A stretch of DNA of 64,000 bases from Methanotrichaceae archaeon. Its GTDB lineage: Archaea > Halobacteriota > Methanosarcinia > Methanotrichales > Methanotrichaceae. A program made the position numbers and the translations under genes. Of the stretch, positions 1 through 10,127 are shown piece after piece. The stretch lies in assembly GCA_963803145.1 (NCBI GenBank), contig CAWDLW010000026.1, forward strand, positions 33,288 through 97,287. Reading direction: 5' to 3'. The notes beneath the pieces are model-generated. The model worked only from the letters and a program-made list of their open reading frames with translations. It was not told the DNA's origin and ran no database searches. Numbering within the stretch: position 1 is the stretch's first letter; every line of letters begins with the position of its first letter.

Positions 1-511
1 TGCTTGTGAATATGGAAACGTTAATCTTTCGATCTCCAGCCTCAAATTTAATCTCATATGGAGAGCTCTCGATAAGCCTGTAATCAGCTTCAGCCATGAA
101 ATCAGCCAGAAGGTCAATGAGGTTACGTCGTAGAATAGATTTAAGCTCAGGTAACGATATCAAGAAGTTCCTACAGGCGTTATCGAAGTCTTGCTTGCTA
201 TAACTTTGGGTATGCAGGAAATGAAAGATCCTTCCGTTTATTTGAGTATAAGTGTCAAGCATCGGCAGATCAAAAAAGATTGGAGAATCACTCAACATGC
301 TTGCGAAGATTCCCGGAGCGATCACTTTACCAACCATCTTCTGAAGCTCTTCCTTTTCCTCCGGAGTAAGGCTTGCATTTCGGACAAAATCATAAATTCT
401 GTTTAGAAGCTCACATCTAGCTATTATCTCTTTATCTTTGAGAAGCTCCCTTAGAGAGCTTTTGATCTTCTCTATTCCGGTGATCTTCTCTATTCCAGTC
501 ATCTTCAGCAT
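1..511 (-). CDS. Hypothetical protein, running off the left edge of the window (missed by the ORF track)
   Basis: Manual translation of the minus strand from ATG at 511 (AGGAGA upstream): MLKMTGIEKITGIEKIKSSLRELLKDKEIIARCELLNRIYDFVRN...KINVSIFTS, with no stop before base 1. An 18-bp in-frame duplication gives TGIEKI x2. Confidence 0.75.
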   Translation of the reverse strand, partial: MLKMTGIEKITGIEKIKSSLRELLKDKEIIARCELLNRIYDFVRNASLTPEEKEELQKMVGKVIAPGIFASMLSDSPIFFDLPMLDTYTQINGRIFHFLHTQSYSKQDFDNACRNFLISLPELKSILRRNLIDLLADFMAEADYRLIESSPYEIKFEAGDRKINVSIFTS

Positions 512-766
512 TTCTCCTGTAACCCTCTCTGGATATGCTGTTATCTCTAGGCGAGACCAATAAAGATCTCAAGCAGCACAGTTCTTCTTAACGGCCTTGA
601 TCCCTTTCAATCCTGGCGTCTTGATACCTATAAAAGCGCATTCATGATACTTTAGGTTCATGATCCTATAGGTGCGGGCCTAATATTAACTCAGGGCTAA
701 TCGTCATTAATAACAAGGCCAGACGCCATTGATATTAAGGCTAATCAGCAGATTGCCCAATTAGCC

Positions 767-1708
767 TCACCTACAGCTTGCGAGCTCTGCTCGCAGCTCT
801 CCCATCGTTGCTGTTCGCTCAGCAAAAGCATTGTGCTGATGAATGCTCTCCTCGTTTATCTGCTTCATTGTAACAGCAGCATCATCTGGAAGATCTACAA
901 AGGCCTGAACTACCTTCTGTGCCATTGTCCTCACGCAATCCTCCACGAACTTTGGGTTCTTGTGAGCCCTGGCGACTACAACAGCCTCATCAGGACGTTT
1001 TAAGAGGCCGTAAACCTTCGCGCTCATGGATTCTTCAATTATCCTGATGATCTTGTCTATTGAAACGCAACGCCTATCACGAACCTCAATGGATATGCTG
1101 CCCCTTCCTCGCTGGTTATGTGTGGCCACAGGTATTTTCTCTGCGATCTGAGCCGCATCCTCTGGCCCTATGCCATGTTTTGCAAGCTCCTGTCTGACCT
1201 GCTCCCTTATGATTTCCTGAGCGCATGGGCAGGCTGTTGTCCCCAAAACCTCTGCACCTACTGACTTCTTTACATAGCCTGAAGGTCCGGCCAAAGCTGT
1301 TGCTTCTGCGAAGATATCCACAACCTCCTGGCAGGTGACCTTTGTAAACGGCGTCTGCCTGCGGACAATGTACTCGCTCTTCATCTTGACCTCTGCGCGA
1401 GTAGCGTATTCGTGCCTTTCAAGAAGACGCTTTGCAATTTTGCCGCAAAGTTCTTCGATCTCATAAACTGGAAGATTTATCTCCTCTTCCAGCACCTCAT
1501 CTATGACCTCGAAGTTCCTGGATAGGTTGGCACCTTTTCTATCTGAAGGAAGGTCAACAAAGACCTCGAAGCTGGATATCAAGATAATAGGACGCTCATC
1601 TCCCCCGCGCTCAACCTTTACAAGCTTTTTAACACCTGTAACTCCTACACGCGTCAGATTTATAGGGAAATCAGGTACACAAGCCTGAATATCTGGTAGA
1701 GTATCCAT
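767..1708 (-). CDS. mptA: GTP cyclohydrolase MptA (FolE2-like; methanopterin biosynthesis)
   Basis: [46 protein letters not shown] and ESIHQHNA motifs. Confidence 0.93.
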   Translation of the reverse strand: MDTLPDIQACVPDFPINLTRVGVTGVKKLVKVERGGDERPIILISSFEVFVDLPSDRKGANLSRNFEVIDEVLEEEINLPVYEIEELCGKIAKRLLERHEYATRAEVKMKSEYIVRRQTPFTKVTCQEVVDIFAEATALAGPSGYVKKSVGAEVLGTTACPCAQEIIREQVRQELAKHGIGPEDAAQIAEKIPVATHNQRGRGSISIEVRDRRCVSIDKIIRIIEESMSAKVYGLLKRPDEAVVVARAHKNPKFVEDCVRTMAQKVVQAFVDLPDDAAVTMKQINEESIHQHNAFAERTATMGELRAELASCR

Positions 1709-1731
1709 AAGGTCTCACTTCCATTGTGCTT

Positions 1732-1965
1732 TTAGCATAATTCTTCAGGTTCATCTTCAGATGGCGCATCATTATCCTCGACATCATCCATGCGCAGCAG
1801 AAGCTCATCAACCTCTTCGAGAAGCTCATCAAGGGTCCTGCTAATTCTTTTGTCTCGCTCATCGAAGGCTTTTACTGCGCCATCAAATTGTGCAAGAAGC
1901 TCATCATCACCCATTTCGATGATCATCTCGCGTATTCTTTTCGTGGCCTCATCTGGACTGAGCAT
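1732..1965 (-). CDS. Small acidic helical hypothetical protein
   Basis: Co-oriented immediately upstream of mptA; likely start MLSPDE; D/E-rich tail. Confidence 0.6.
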   Translation of the reverse strand: MLSPDEATKRIREMIIEMGDDELLAQFDGAVKAFDERDKRISRTLDELLEEVDELLLRMDDVEDNDAPSEDEPEELC

Positions 1966-2092
1966 ATAGCATTTAATCCTAGGCAAATGTATTTGAGATT
2001 TTGCACTCTTATTTTAGATTTTGCACTCTTGATTCAACATGGTCAGATATATCTATCCGTACTGTCCTCCATACGAGGAGAGGAGTTGAGAG

Positions 2093-2734
2093 ATGATCAG
2101 GCGTTGCTCTAAGCATGGGTTTTTCAGAGGTGAAAGTTGCGAGTGCGGGTCTGCAGGCCAATTGGTATTGGATGAGGCAAAGACCGAGCAGCTCGGAAGA
2201 CTGGTGGCAGGCGCACTTAGGCATTTCCCCGGTGATCTTGGACTTGACATGGATTCTAGAGGCTGGGTCGATCTGACGAGTTTTGGCGAGATCGTTCACA
2301 AAAGGCATCGCTGGGCGGGCAAAGATACAGTAGTAGCCCTGGCAGAGTCTGACCCAAAGCACAGGTATGAGATCGAAGATAACAAGATCAGGGCAAGATA
2401 CGGCCATTCTGTGAATATCGATCTTGACCACCCCGAGAACAAGCTTCCAAAGCTTTATTATGGCGCAAGCGAGGAGGAGGCTGATCGATTACTAGAGATT
2501 GGGCTCAAGCCAGCGTCACAAAAGTATGTTCACCTCTCCACAACATCCGAAAAAGCCTGGCATGTTGCCACTTTCAGGACTGGCAATCCTAAGATAATCC
2601 AGGCGGATGCTGAGGCAGCACAGAAGGAAGGAGTGAAGATGATGACTGTAAACGACGACATCGTTATCTCTGAAACAATACCTCCCAAATTTCTGAGCAT
2701 ATTATCTTCCAAGGATATAGTCCGGCCACAGTAA
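2093..2734 (+). CDS. kptA: RNA 2'-phosphotransferase (Tpt1/KptA)
   Basis: LRH, RYE, IRARYGHS and YVHLS motifs; N-terminal CxxH...CxC motif as in archaeal members. Confidence 0.92.
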   Translation: MIRRCSKHGFFRGESCECGSAGQLVLDEAKTEQLGRLVAGALRHFPGDLGLDMDSRGWVDLTSFGEIVHKRHRWAGKDTVVALAESDPKHRYEIEDNKIRARYGHSVNIDLDHPENKLPKLYYGASEEEADRLLEIGLKPASQKYVHLSTTSEKAWHVATFRTGNPKIIQADAEAAQKEGVKMMTVNDDIVISETIPPKFLSILSSKDIVRPQ

Positions 2735-2808
2735 AAGCAACGTATAGAAACATCAACTATCAACTGTAGAAACGTCAACGTATGCCCTCAAGTACAATCA
2801 GCTTAGGC

Positions 2809-3435
2809 TCATCTGCCAAAGCGCCGCTCTCTCTTCTGGCAGTCTCTAATAGCCCTCAGAAGATCGATTTTGCTGAAAGAGTGCCAGTTTACCTCTGTGA
2901 AATAGAGTTCTGAATATACCGATTGCCAAATCATAAAATCGCTTAGCTGTTTGCCCCCTGCCCTGATGACTAGATCGGGTTTCTGCCTGAACCTGAGGTT
3001 TGCCTCGATGGTGCTTTCATCGATCTCATCAGGCTTTATGCGACCGGCCTCAACATCCTCCAGGAGCCTCTTAATGGCCTCTGTCACTTCTCTCTTACCG
3101 CCATAGCCGAGCGAGATCTCCACATTAATTTTTCCGCCCTTGCCAAGGCTTTCGATACCTGTACCTGTATGGAGGAGTATCTCCGCTGGGGCATCGGACA
3201 GCTCTGACACCAGCATCCTGTAAGTTTCCTGTGTATGCTCGTTTATGTAAATAGCCAAGGATTTCAAATTAATTGAACTGCTCCAATCAATCAAATCTCT
3301 CAGTAGCGCTAGCCCTTTTTTATCCAGATCGCCAGAACTCAGCACTATAGCTACACACGCCGGCAGATTATACATGGAAATGCGGAACTCCAGAAGCTGC
3401 TCATACAGGTAGCTGAGCTGACGAATTCGTATCAT
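2809..3435 (-). CDS. cis-prenyltransferase (UppS)-family protein, probably a Nus1-like non-catalytic subunit
   Basis: PDLVIRAGG, LSDFMIWQSVYSELYF and C-terminal RRFGR are present; the N-terminal IMDGNRR motif is absent. Confidence 0.8.
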   Translation of the reverse strand: MIRIRQLSYLYEQLLEFRISMYNLPACVAIVLSSGDLDKKGLALLRDLIDWSSSINLKSLAIYINEHTQETYRMLVSELSDAPAEILLHTGTGIESLGKGGKINVEISLGYGGKREVTEAIKRLLEDVEAGRIKPDEIDESTIEANLRFRQKPDLVIRAGGKQLSDFMIWQSVYSELYFTEVNWHSFSKIDLLRAIRDCQKRERRFGR

Positions 3436-3480
3436 TCCTTAGCATCCCGAGAGTGTGCTCCAAGGCAAAGTATTTTTGCG

Positions 3481-4707
3481 ATGGCGCGAAGTTTGGTGAT
3501 CATGCGTCAAGAGGACATTGCCAGGTTTGTAATAGGGCTGATGGTATTGCTCCTCCCCTACACAGGAACTTATACAGTTATCCCTCTGGCAATCATCTTT
3601 CTTTGGGACCGCGAATCAAGAATGCTTTCAGCATCTCTTGCTGCATTATTGATTATGCGGCCGGCGCTTGGCATAACCCACATCAACCTTCCCCTTTATG
3701 TCATTGCGATATCCTTTGTTGCAGCCACTTTTGCACTGCTGGCCTTCAAGAGATTCGATACTCTCGCAGGTAGCATAATTTATCTAATGATCACTATTGC
3801 TCTGGGCTACCCAATCGCTTCTATAATCTCATCAGGCAGCTTGTCTCCGGAACGAATTCTGTTTCTTTCTATTCTAGGAGGATTGAGCGGTGCCTTCCTA
3901 CATAATGTCTCTGAAGAACGCGATTTCACAGTGCCTTTCGGCACATGCATGGTGATGTGGCTATTCAGCTTCGATTATCCGCTGCCTGAGCTAGGGCGAA
4001 TTCTCATCATCTGTATTTTCGCGCTCGTCCTTGGAATCGGTGCCTACTGGGCAAAGGCGGCAGATTCCGATGCCGTCCTCAGCGAGACCATAATTTGCTT
4101 GCTGGTGATCCTCTTTGGAGGATTGCCGTGGTTCTTGCTTCTACTCGCGTTCTATCTTTTGGGTGGAGGCTTTACACGTTATGGTTATGCATGCAAGAAG
4201 AAGCTAGGCATAGCTCAATCCAAGGAAGGAAGACGAGGGTACAAGAACGTCTACAGCAACAGTCTCGTGCCTCTGGCTATGGCCATTTGTTATGGAATTT
4301 ACGGAAAAGAATTTTTTATCTACGCCTTTATAGCCTCAGTTGCTACAGCGAATGGCGATACCCTTGCAAGCGAGATCGGCGAGACGAGCAAGTCTAAACC
4401 AAGGATGATTACAAACTTTAAAGTCACTGAGCCGGGAGTAGACGGCGGTGTCACGCCTCTGGGCGAGGCTGCCTCAATAGCCGGGGCTACAATTATTGGT
4501 CTCCTCGCGACGGGCACTGGCATGACCGGCCCACTAGGCATAGTTGCAGGCATTGTTGGCGGTTTCCTTGGAACTAACTTCGATAGCTTCCTTGGTGCGA
4601 CGCTCCAGCGACGTGGCATTTTGAGCAATAACGGAGTCAACCTTTTTGCCACTCTATTCGGCGCAGCAGTTGGAGTTGCCTTCTGGTGGGTCCTGAAAAT
4701 TATTTAG
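3481..4707 (+). CDS. DUF92/TMEM19-family membrane protein (TIGR00297-like)
   Basis: GRRGYKNVYSN, ATANGDTLASEIG, GVDGGVTPLG and DSFLGATLQ motifs; many TM helices. Confidence 0.88.
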   Translation: MARSLVIMRQEDIARFVIGLMVLLLPYTGTYTVIPLAIIFLWDRESRMLSASLAALLIMRPALGITHINLPLYVIAISFVAATFALLAFKRFDTLAGSIIYLMITIALGYPIASIISSGSLSPERILFLSILGGLSGAFLHNVSEERDFTVPFGTCMVMWLFSFDYPLPELGRILIICIFALVLGIGAYWAKAADSDAVLSETIICLLVILFGGLPWFLLLLAFYLLGGGFTRYGYACKKKLGIAQSKEGRRGYKNVYSNSLVPLAMAICYGIYGKEFFIYAFIASVATANGDTLASEIGETSKSKPRMITNFKVTEPGVDGGVTPLGEAASIAGATIIGLLATGTGMTGPLGIVAGIVGGFLGTNFDSFLGATLQRRGILSNNGVNLFATLFGAAVGVAFWWVLKII

Positions 4708-4730
4708 CAAAGGAGTACAACTGGCCTTCC

Positions 4731-5549
4731 ATGAAGATCTATGGGATCTTTGGAGACCCCATCGGGCATAGCCTCTCGCCTGGCATGCAGAACGCTGCCT
4801 TCCGTGAACTCAACCTTGACGCATGCTATCATGCCTTTCGTGTTTCGAAAGGACTGTTGAGGGAAGCGATACTGGGTGCAGAGGCGATGGGCTTTGGAGG
4901 CCTGAACTTAACAATCCCTCTGAAAGAAACTGCTCTGGAGATTGTTCAGCCTGATGAGCTTGCAAGATCCATCGGCGCAGTAAACACGGTGGCATTTGAC
5001 CAAGGAATCCGGGGCTACAATACAGATGGCATGGGTGCACTCCTGGCTCTAGAAGATTCAGGAATCAGGATAAAAGGAAAAGCAGTGGTAATAATAGGAG
5101 CTGGTGGGGCCGCAAAGGCGATAGCCTATACACTCACAAAAATGGAAGCAGACATAACGATAATAAATAGGAGCCCTGATCGAGCCGCCGATCTGGCAGA
5201 TAACGTAGGCGGCGTTGGGTATGGGCTCGATTCGTTAGAAAGGCTTGTGCCAAAGGCAGATGTGATCATAAACGCGACCTCAGTAGGCATGAGGAAAGAA
5301 GATCCCAAACTGATCGATGGAAAGCTGCTACATAAAGGACAGGCAGTCTTTGATATTATCTATAACCGGCAGACTGAACTTTTGAAGGATGCCTCTAATG
5401 TAGGAGCCATAGCCATAGACGGCGTGATGATGCTTGTCTACCAGGGTGCAAAGGCGCTGGAGATCTGGACAGGACTCAAAGCGCCAGTAGATATAATGGA
5501 GAGGGCGGTTAGAGAGGGGCTAAGGAAGAGGGCAAAGGAGCAGAGATGA
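4731..5549 (+). CDS. aroE: Shikimate dehydrogenase
   Basis: GDPIGHSLSP, NLTIPLKE, GAVNT, NTDG, GAGGAA and MLVYQG motifs. Confidence 0.95.
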   Translation: MKIYGIFGDPIGHSLSPGMQNAAFRELNLDACYHAFRVSKGLLREAILGAEAMGFGGLNLTIPLKETALEIVQPDELARSIGAVNTVAFDQGIRGYNTDGMGALLALEDSGIRIKGKAVVIIGAGGAAKAIAYTLTKMEADITIINRSPDRAADLADNVGGVGYGLDSLERLVPKADVIINATSVGMRKEDPKLIDGKLLHKGQAVFDIIYNRQTELLKDASNVGAIAIDGVMMLVYQGAKALEIWTGLKAPVDIMERAVREGLRKRAKEQR

Positions 5550-6427
5550 CAAAGATTCTGATATTGGGAGGTACGGGCGATACCGGTTCATGGTTCGCCC
5601 GCTACTTTAAGGAGAAAGGCTTTGACGTTGCCGTCTGGGGGCCGAATGGGAAAACGGACGTCGCAGCAAGACTCGGCGTCCGCTTTGCTCATGATATGAC
5701 GAAGGAGGTTGAGGATAGCGATATTGTCCTACTTAGCGTGCCCATAGGGAAGACTGCTGAGATCGCAAGACAGGTCGCGCCGAAAATGCGCGCCGGCAGT
5801 TTGCTGATGGATGTGGCCTCGCTCAAGTCAGAATCTGTAAAGGCTATGAAGACATATGCACCCAAAGGGGTGGAGGTTTTGGGAACTCATCCCATGTTCG
5901 GGCCTACAATGCCGGCTATGAAGGGTCAGACGATAATCTTCACCCCTGTTCCTCGAAAAAGCAAAAAATGGCTTCCTGTGATTCGAGAGTTGTTTGAGTC
6001 TGATGGTGCGAGGATTGAGCTCTTAAGCCCGGAGGAGCACGATGAGATCATGGCAGTAGTCCAGGCACTAACGCATTTTGCCTACATCGGCATAGGCGCT
6101 ACATTGAACGCTCTGGACTTCGATGTGGAAAAATCAAGAAAGTTCATGTCTCCTGTCTACGAGATCATGATAGACTTCGTCGGCCGTATCCTCGATCAGA
6201 ACCCTGAGCTTTATGCAGCAATACAGAAGAATCCAAAGGCTATGCGCGTGCGGCAAACTTTTGTGAGCGAATGCATGCGTCTGTGCGAGATTGCAGATGC
6301 GAAAAACCAAGAGGCTTTCAAGAGGATTATGCATGAGGCTGCGATGCATTTTGGGGAGACTCATGAGGCGCTGGTGAGGTCAGATAGACTGATTAATGGG
6401 AGAATAGGAGAAAAGAAAAGGATATAG
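5546..6427 (+). CDS. tyrA: Prephenate dehydrogenase
   Basis: Rossmann GGTGDTG, DVASLK, GTHPMFGP and EEHDEIMAVVQALTH; ATGA overlap with aroE. Confidence 0.92.
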   Translation: MTKILILGGTGDTGSWFARYFKEKGFDVAVWGPNGKTDVAARLGVRFAHDMTKEVEDSDIVLLSVPIGKTAEIARQVAPKMRAGSLLMDVASLKSESVKAMKTYAPKGVEVLGTHPMFGPTMPAMKGQTIIFTPVPRKSKKWLPVIRELFESDGARIELLSPEEHDEIMAVVQALTHFAYIGIGATLNALDFDVEKSRKFMSPVYEIMIDFVGRILDQNPELYAAIQKNPKAMRVRQTFVSECMRLCEIADAKNQEAFKRIMHEAAMHFGETHEALVRSDRLINGRIGEKKRI

Positions 6428-6428
6428 T

Positions 6429-6836
6429 ATGGCTCGCAATAACGTGCAGAACGCAAATTTAGCTTCAGAATTTTATATTGCTTCACAGCTCTTCCGATTA
6501 GGGTATGTGGCGACTCTTACTTTAGGGCACACAAAGGAGATAGATTTAATAGTTGCCCATGAGGATAGAATAATCACTATAGATGTAAAGGGATTAAAGA
6601 ATACTACAAATTGGCCGATAAAATTGAAATTAAAAAGAGATAATCATTTTTATGTGCTTGTCTCTTATCACAATCAATTCGGGAATACAGATTTCCATCC
6701 AGAGGTATTCGTTATCCCTTCCATGGAAATTGAAGACCTTCTAACTAATTGGCCTAACAAATCAGTTACATGTATTAGATATTCAAAATTGAAAGATAGT
6801 AAATATAGAAATGCTTGGGATTTATTATCCAAATAG
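6429..6836 (+). CDS. Small PD-(D/E)xK-family endonuclease-like protein
   Basis: ASEFYIASQL...EIDL...TIDVKG pattern; markedly AT-rich relative to tyrA. Confidence 0.65.
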   Translation: MARNNVQNANLASEFYIASQLFRLGYVATLTLGHTKEIDLIVAHEDRIITIDVKGLKNTTNWPIKLKLKRDNHFYVLVSYHNQFGNTDFHPEVFVIPSMEIEDLLTNWPNKSVTCIRYSKLKDSKYRNAWDLLSK

Positions 6837-7280
6837 TCTTGGTTGCAGGATGAATTTGATAGCAAAAGCTGGTAAGGCGAAGCATGAATTCCTTCTGTAA
6901 CGTCACTTCGCCCCGAAAGTCCAAAATTAATACATCAAGCTACGGACCGAGAATAACCAACATTGATTGGTTGGTTAGCCCTTGAGCTGAATTATTCGCA
7001 TATCCCTGAATTATACTGTTTAAATATACCGGAGTCACATTGCCTGCAGAAGTCCACCAAGCACGCTGCCAATGGCGCCCATGCCAAATATAAGATACTC
7101 AGACTCGGCCTTCGAGCATTGGGCCATCGGTGATAAATCAGGATTTGCCTTTAATAAGCTTTTGCATTCTCTCAAGGGCTATCCGATCATCCGAAAATAC
7201 TGAAGAAGGACAGTTTTATCATCCAACAAATACTGTATCGAGGATAACCTAATTGGCTATATTAGCCTAAAGGCTATAAC

Positions 7281-8159
7281 TTGGAAATCCGGAAAGGACG
7301 TGCAGCCTTGAATACTCATGAAAGTACAAAAGAGCATTATCTGGCCCTATTATTTATTATCCTGGCTGTGCTGTTCTGGGGATATTCCTTCATAAGCACA
7401 AAGACAGTTTTGACTCAGATTCCTCCGATATCGATAGCCTTCTTTAGGCAAATCATTGCAACAATAGTGCTGAATCCTTTAGCTTTATACACAAGATGCA
7501 TGCCTAAAATGGCCTTACGCGATCTGATGTTAGCTGTAGGGGCTGGCTTTTTCGGGATAGTTATGTACTTTGTATTCGAAAATTCAGGCCTTCAATATAC
7601 AACAGCATCAAATGCCTCTATGATAGTCTCAGCATTGCCTGTATTTACTCTGATCAGCGAAGCGATTCTCTTCAGGCTAAATGTTAATTGGAAGATGATC
7701 GTTTGCCTCGCAATTTCAATAATCGGCGTCTCGCTAGTTGTAACTATCGATGATTTGCTGGGTAATATACAACATATTAAACAGGCGGCTGGATAAGAAG
7801 TATCCAAGCATAACAGTCATCGCCTACCAATCCATGGCAAGCATCTTTCTTTATATTCCCTTCGTCCTTTCTGAGAAAAATCGCTGGCATGGTCTCGGGG
7901 CGCTCTCAGTCCAATCTCTTGAGAACTTGTTCTTCCTTGGCATATTCTGCTCTGCAATTTCATACTTTTTTACGTGTATGCTGCTAAAAGGCTTGGCATA
8001 ACTATTTCCTCAACCTTCCTCAACCTGATACCAGTGATAACAACGATCTTCGGCTATATCGTTCTGCAAGAAAGATTGATCCCCATGCAGATATTCGGAA
8101 TGGGCCTTATTATAGCCAGCATCTACGAGTTGAACAGAACTGTTTCCAGACCTTCATAA
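7281..8159 (+). pseudogene. EamA/DMT transporter pseudogene (paralog of 62663-63643)
   Basis: Three consecutive ORFs (7281, 7750, 7974) align to the intact paralog. About 20 codons between VTID and MICWV are missing, and there is a further frameshift near 7970. Confidence 0.85.
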
Positions 8160-8180
8160 ACGATGAATGATGACGATACC

Positions 8181-9272
8181 TTAGTTCTCTGTTGCTTTTA
8201 GGTCCTGTATATTGCTGCTGTTCTGTTTATCGCTGCTATTATTGCTAATACAATTCTGCTCCTCAGAGACCGTTTGGTATATGCCCATCAATATGCCCAT
8301 TACAGCCGGTGCAATGAAAAAGCCGGCTATACCTGCAACTATTCCGCCTCCCAGAAAGGAGAGCAACACAAGCAAAGGATGTAGAGATGACTTGGTATAG
8401 ACAATGTAGGGCCTTATGACCAGCTCTGCCACATGCACCAATATAGAGCCAGCCAAAAAGAACAGTAATGCATCCACAGGCCCAACGGCAATATACCTGC
8501 TTATTGCAGTCGGGATGAAAACGAGCCAGGTAAGAAACGGCACAAGCCCGGCTAGGAAGACTATACATGCCATAGCAAAAGGCCTGGGAACTCCAAAGAG
8601 ATAGAAGATGCCTATAGAAGTGATTCCGCCTGCGATTGCTGTATAGATGCTGCCGAGATAGATACCGGATAGAATCGAGTCTATCCTCGTGAGGCATCTC
8701 CTTTGAATGCCAGTGTTTTCATATGGCAGAAGCAACATTGCAGCGTTCTCTAGCCTTCTTCCATCCATCAGGAGGAAGTAGCATACGGGCAGGGAGATCA
8801 GGAAGTTTATGATTCCCAGAGACAATGATCTGCCAATATTTGCAAAGGGAAGGCTCGCGATGAAAGGCGCTATAACCCCCAGTACATTCTGCAAGCTTCC
8901 AAATAGCTCACTAAGCATGAAATGAGATAGCGGAAGGGTTGATATGAACCCTAAAACTGCGCTGAAAATCTCTGCCCTGTGCGCCTCAATCCAGATCGTC
9001 TGGCTTACTGCCTCACTCACTCCGAGTGCAAAGATCAAGGATAGAGGTATCACAATGCATAGCGTTCCCGCAAGTGACCCGAGCATTCGTCTCTTCCCAA
9101 ATAGGTGTTTGATCGGTCGGCCAACGTAAGCAAAGACTACGCCCAGGACAATGCCGTCAAGTAAAGGAAATATTAAATAGGATATTAGAATGAACAAAGC
9201 TAAGGCTATAATTGAAAGCCATCCTCTCTCGCCAAGCCTTTGCAGATTGATTTTCATAGGCAGAATTATCAC
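8181..9272 (-). CDS. AI-2E/PerM-family transporter
   Basis: Typical TM layout; YFLLMDG, IRPYIV and LHPLLVLLSFLGG motifs. Confidence 0.85.
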   Translation of the reverse strand: MIILPMKINLQRLGERGWLSIIALALFILISYLIFPLLDGIVLGVVFAYVGRPIKHLFGKRRMLGSLAGTLCIVIPLSLIFALGVSEAVSQTIWIEAHRAEIFSAVLGFISTLPLSHFMLSELFGSLQNVLGVIAPFIASLPFANIGRSLSLGIINFLISLPVCYFLLMDGRRLENAAMLLLPYENTGIQRRCLTRIDSILSGIYLGSIYTAIAGGITSIGIFYLFGVPRPFAMACIVFLAGLVPFLTWLVFIPTAISRYIAVGPVDALLFFLAGSILVHVAELVIRPYIVYTKSSLHPLLVLLSFLGGGIVAGIAGFFIAPAVMGILMGIYQTVSEEQNCISNNSSDKQNSSNIQDLKATEN

Positions 9273-9339
9273 CTATCAGGACGCTATGAATATTTAGCTT
9301 TTGGGAATAAATCCTTAGAAAACCCTAAGAGGTAGAGCT

Positions 9340-9951
9340 ATGGATGATATAAAGCCAAGCCGCTGGTACTATGCGCTCGCCGCTTTAGTGGTCGTTGCCG
9401 GCGGGCTCATATTTTTCTTATATTTATTTTCTAGCCTTGATAACGTAAGTAAGGGCTTGACGCAGATCACAGTTCCCGGAAACGGAGACCTTCTCCTCCA
9501 AAATGGTAAGTACACAGTATTTTATGAGAGCGAGAGCATAGTGGGCAACAGGATCTATTCTACAGCAGGCCAGGATATTTCCGGCCTCCAGATTGAGCTT
9601 AAAAACAAATCTACAGGCATAAAAATTCCTGCGGATGCAACTCAAGGCAACACTACATACAGCATCGGAGGCCGTTCTGGAAGATCGGTAATGGAGTTCG
9701 TTATAGATCGACAGGGGATCTACGAGCTGTCTGCATGGTATCCCAGTGGAAGCGGACCAGAAATAGTCCTTGCAATTGAAAAAGATCCCTTTGATAACCT
9801 TATGTCGATGATAATAGTCGGGATTGCAATAGATTTCGGGTCGATATTAGTCGCTATAACAATCGTTGTAGCTGTTTACCAGAGGAGAAGAAGGGCGGGA
9901 CAAAGGCTCAAAGAAGAGGTAGAAGCCCTGAGAGGAAAAGGGCTGTCTTAA
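9340..9951 (+). CDS. Hypothetical membrane protein with two TM helices flanking a beta-rich domain
   Basis: N- and C-terminal hydrophobic helices, basic cytoplasmic tail, GAGGT RBS. Confidence 0.7.
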   Translation: MDDIKPSRWYYALAALVVVAGGLIFFLYLFSSLDNVSKGLTQITVPGNGDLLLQNGKYTVFYESESIVGNRIYSTAGQDISGLQIELKNKSTGIKIPADATQGNTTYSIGGRSGRSVMEFVIDRQGIYELSAWYPSGSGPEIVLAIEKDPFDNLMSMIIVGIAIDFGSILVAITIVVAVYQRRRRAGQRLKEEVEALRGKGLS

Positions 9952-10127
9952 ATGAGATATTATTTCTCTAAGCGTTATACTTCTTTATTTTATATTCTAC
10001 CCAAGCACTGTCTTAATTCTGAGGGCCACTCCTGCCGTATTGACAAAGACCTACAAGAAGATCATTGTGTTCATTTTTGCTACGTTTTGCGCCGCAAAAA
10101 ATTGATGAAAAAAAGATTGAAAATTGA

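Noticed and set aside
191-406. Plus-strand 71-aa ORF
   Set aside because: It is a shadow of the longer minus-strand CDS at 1-511.
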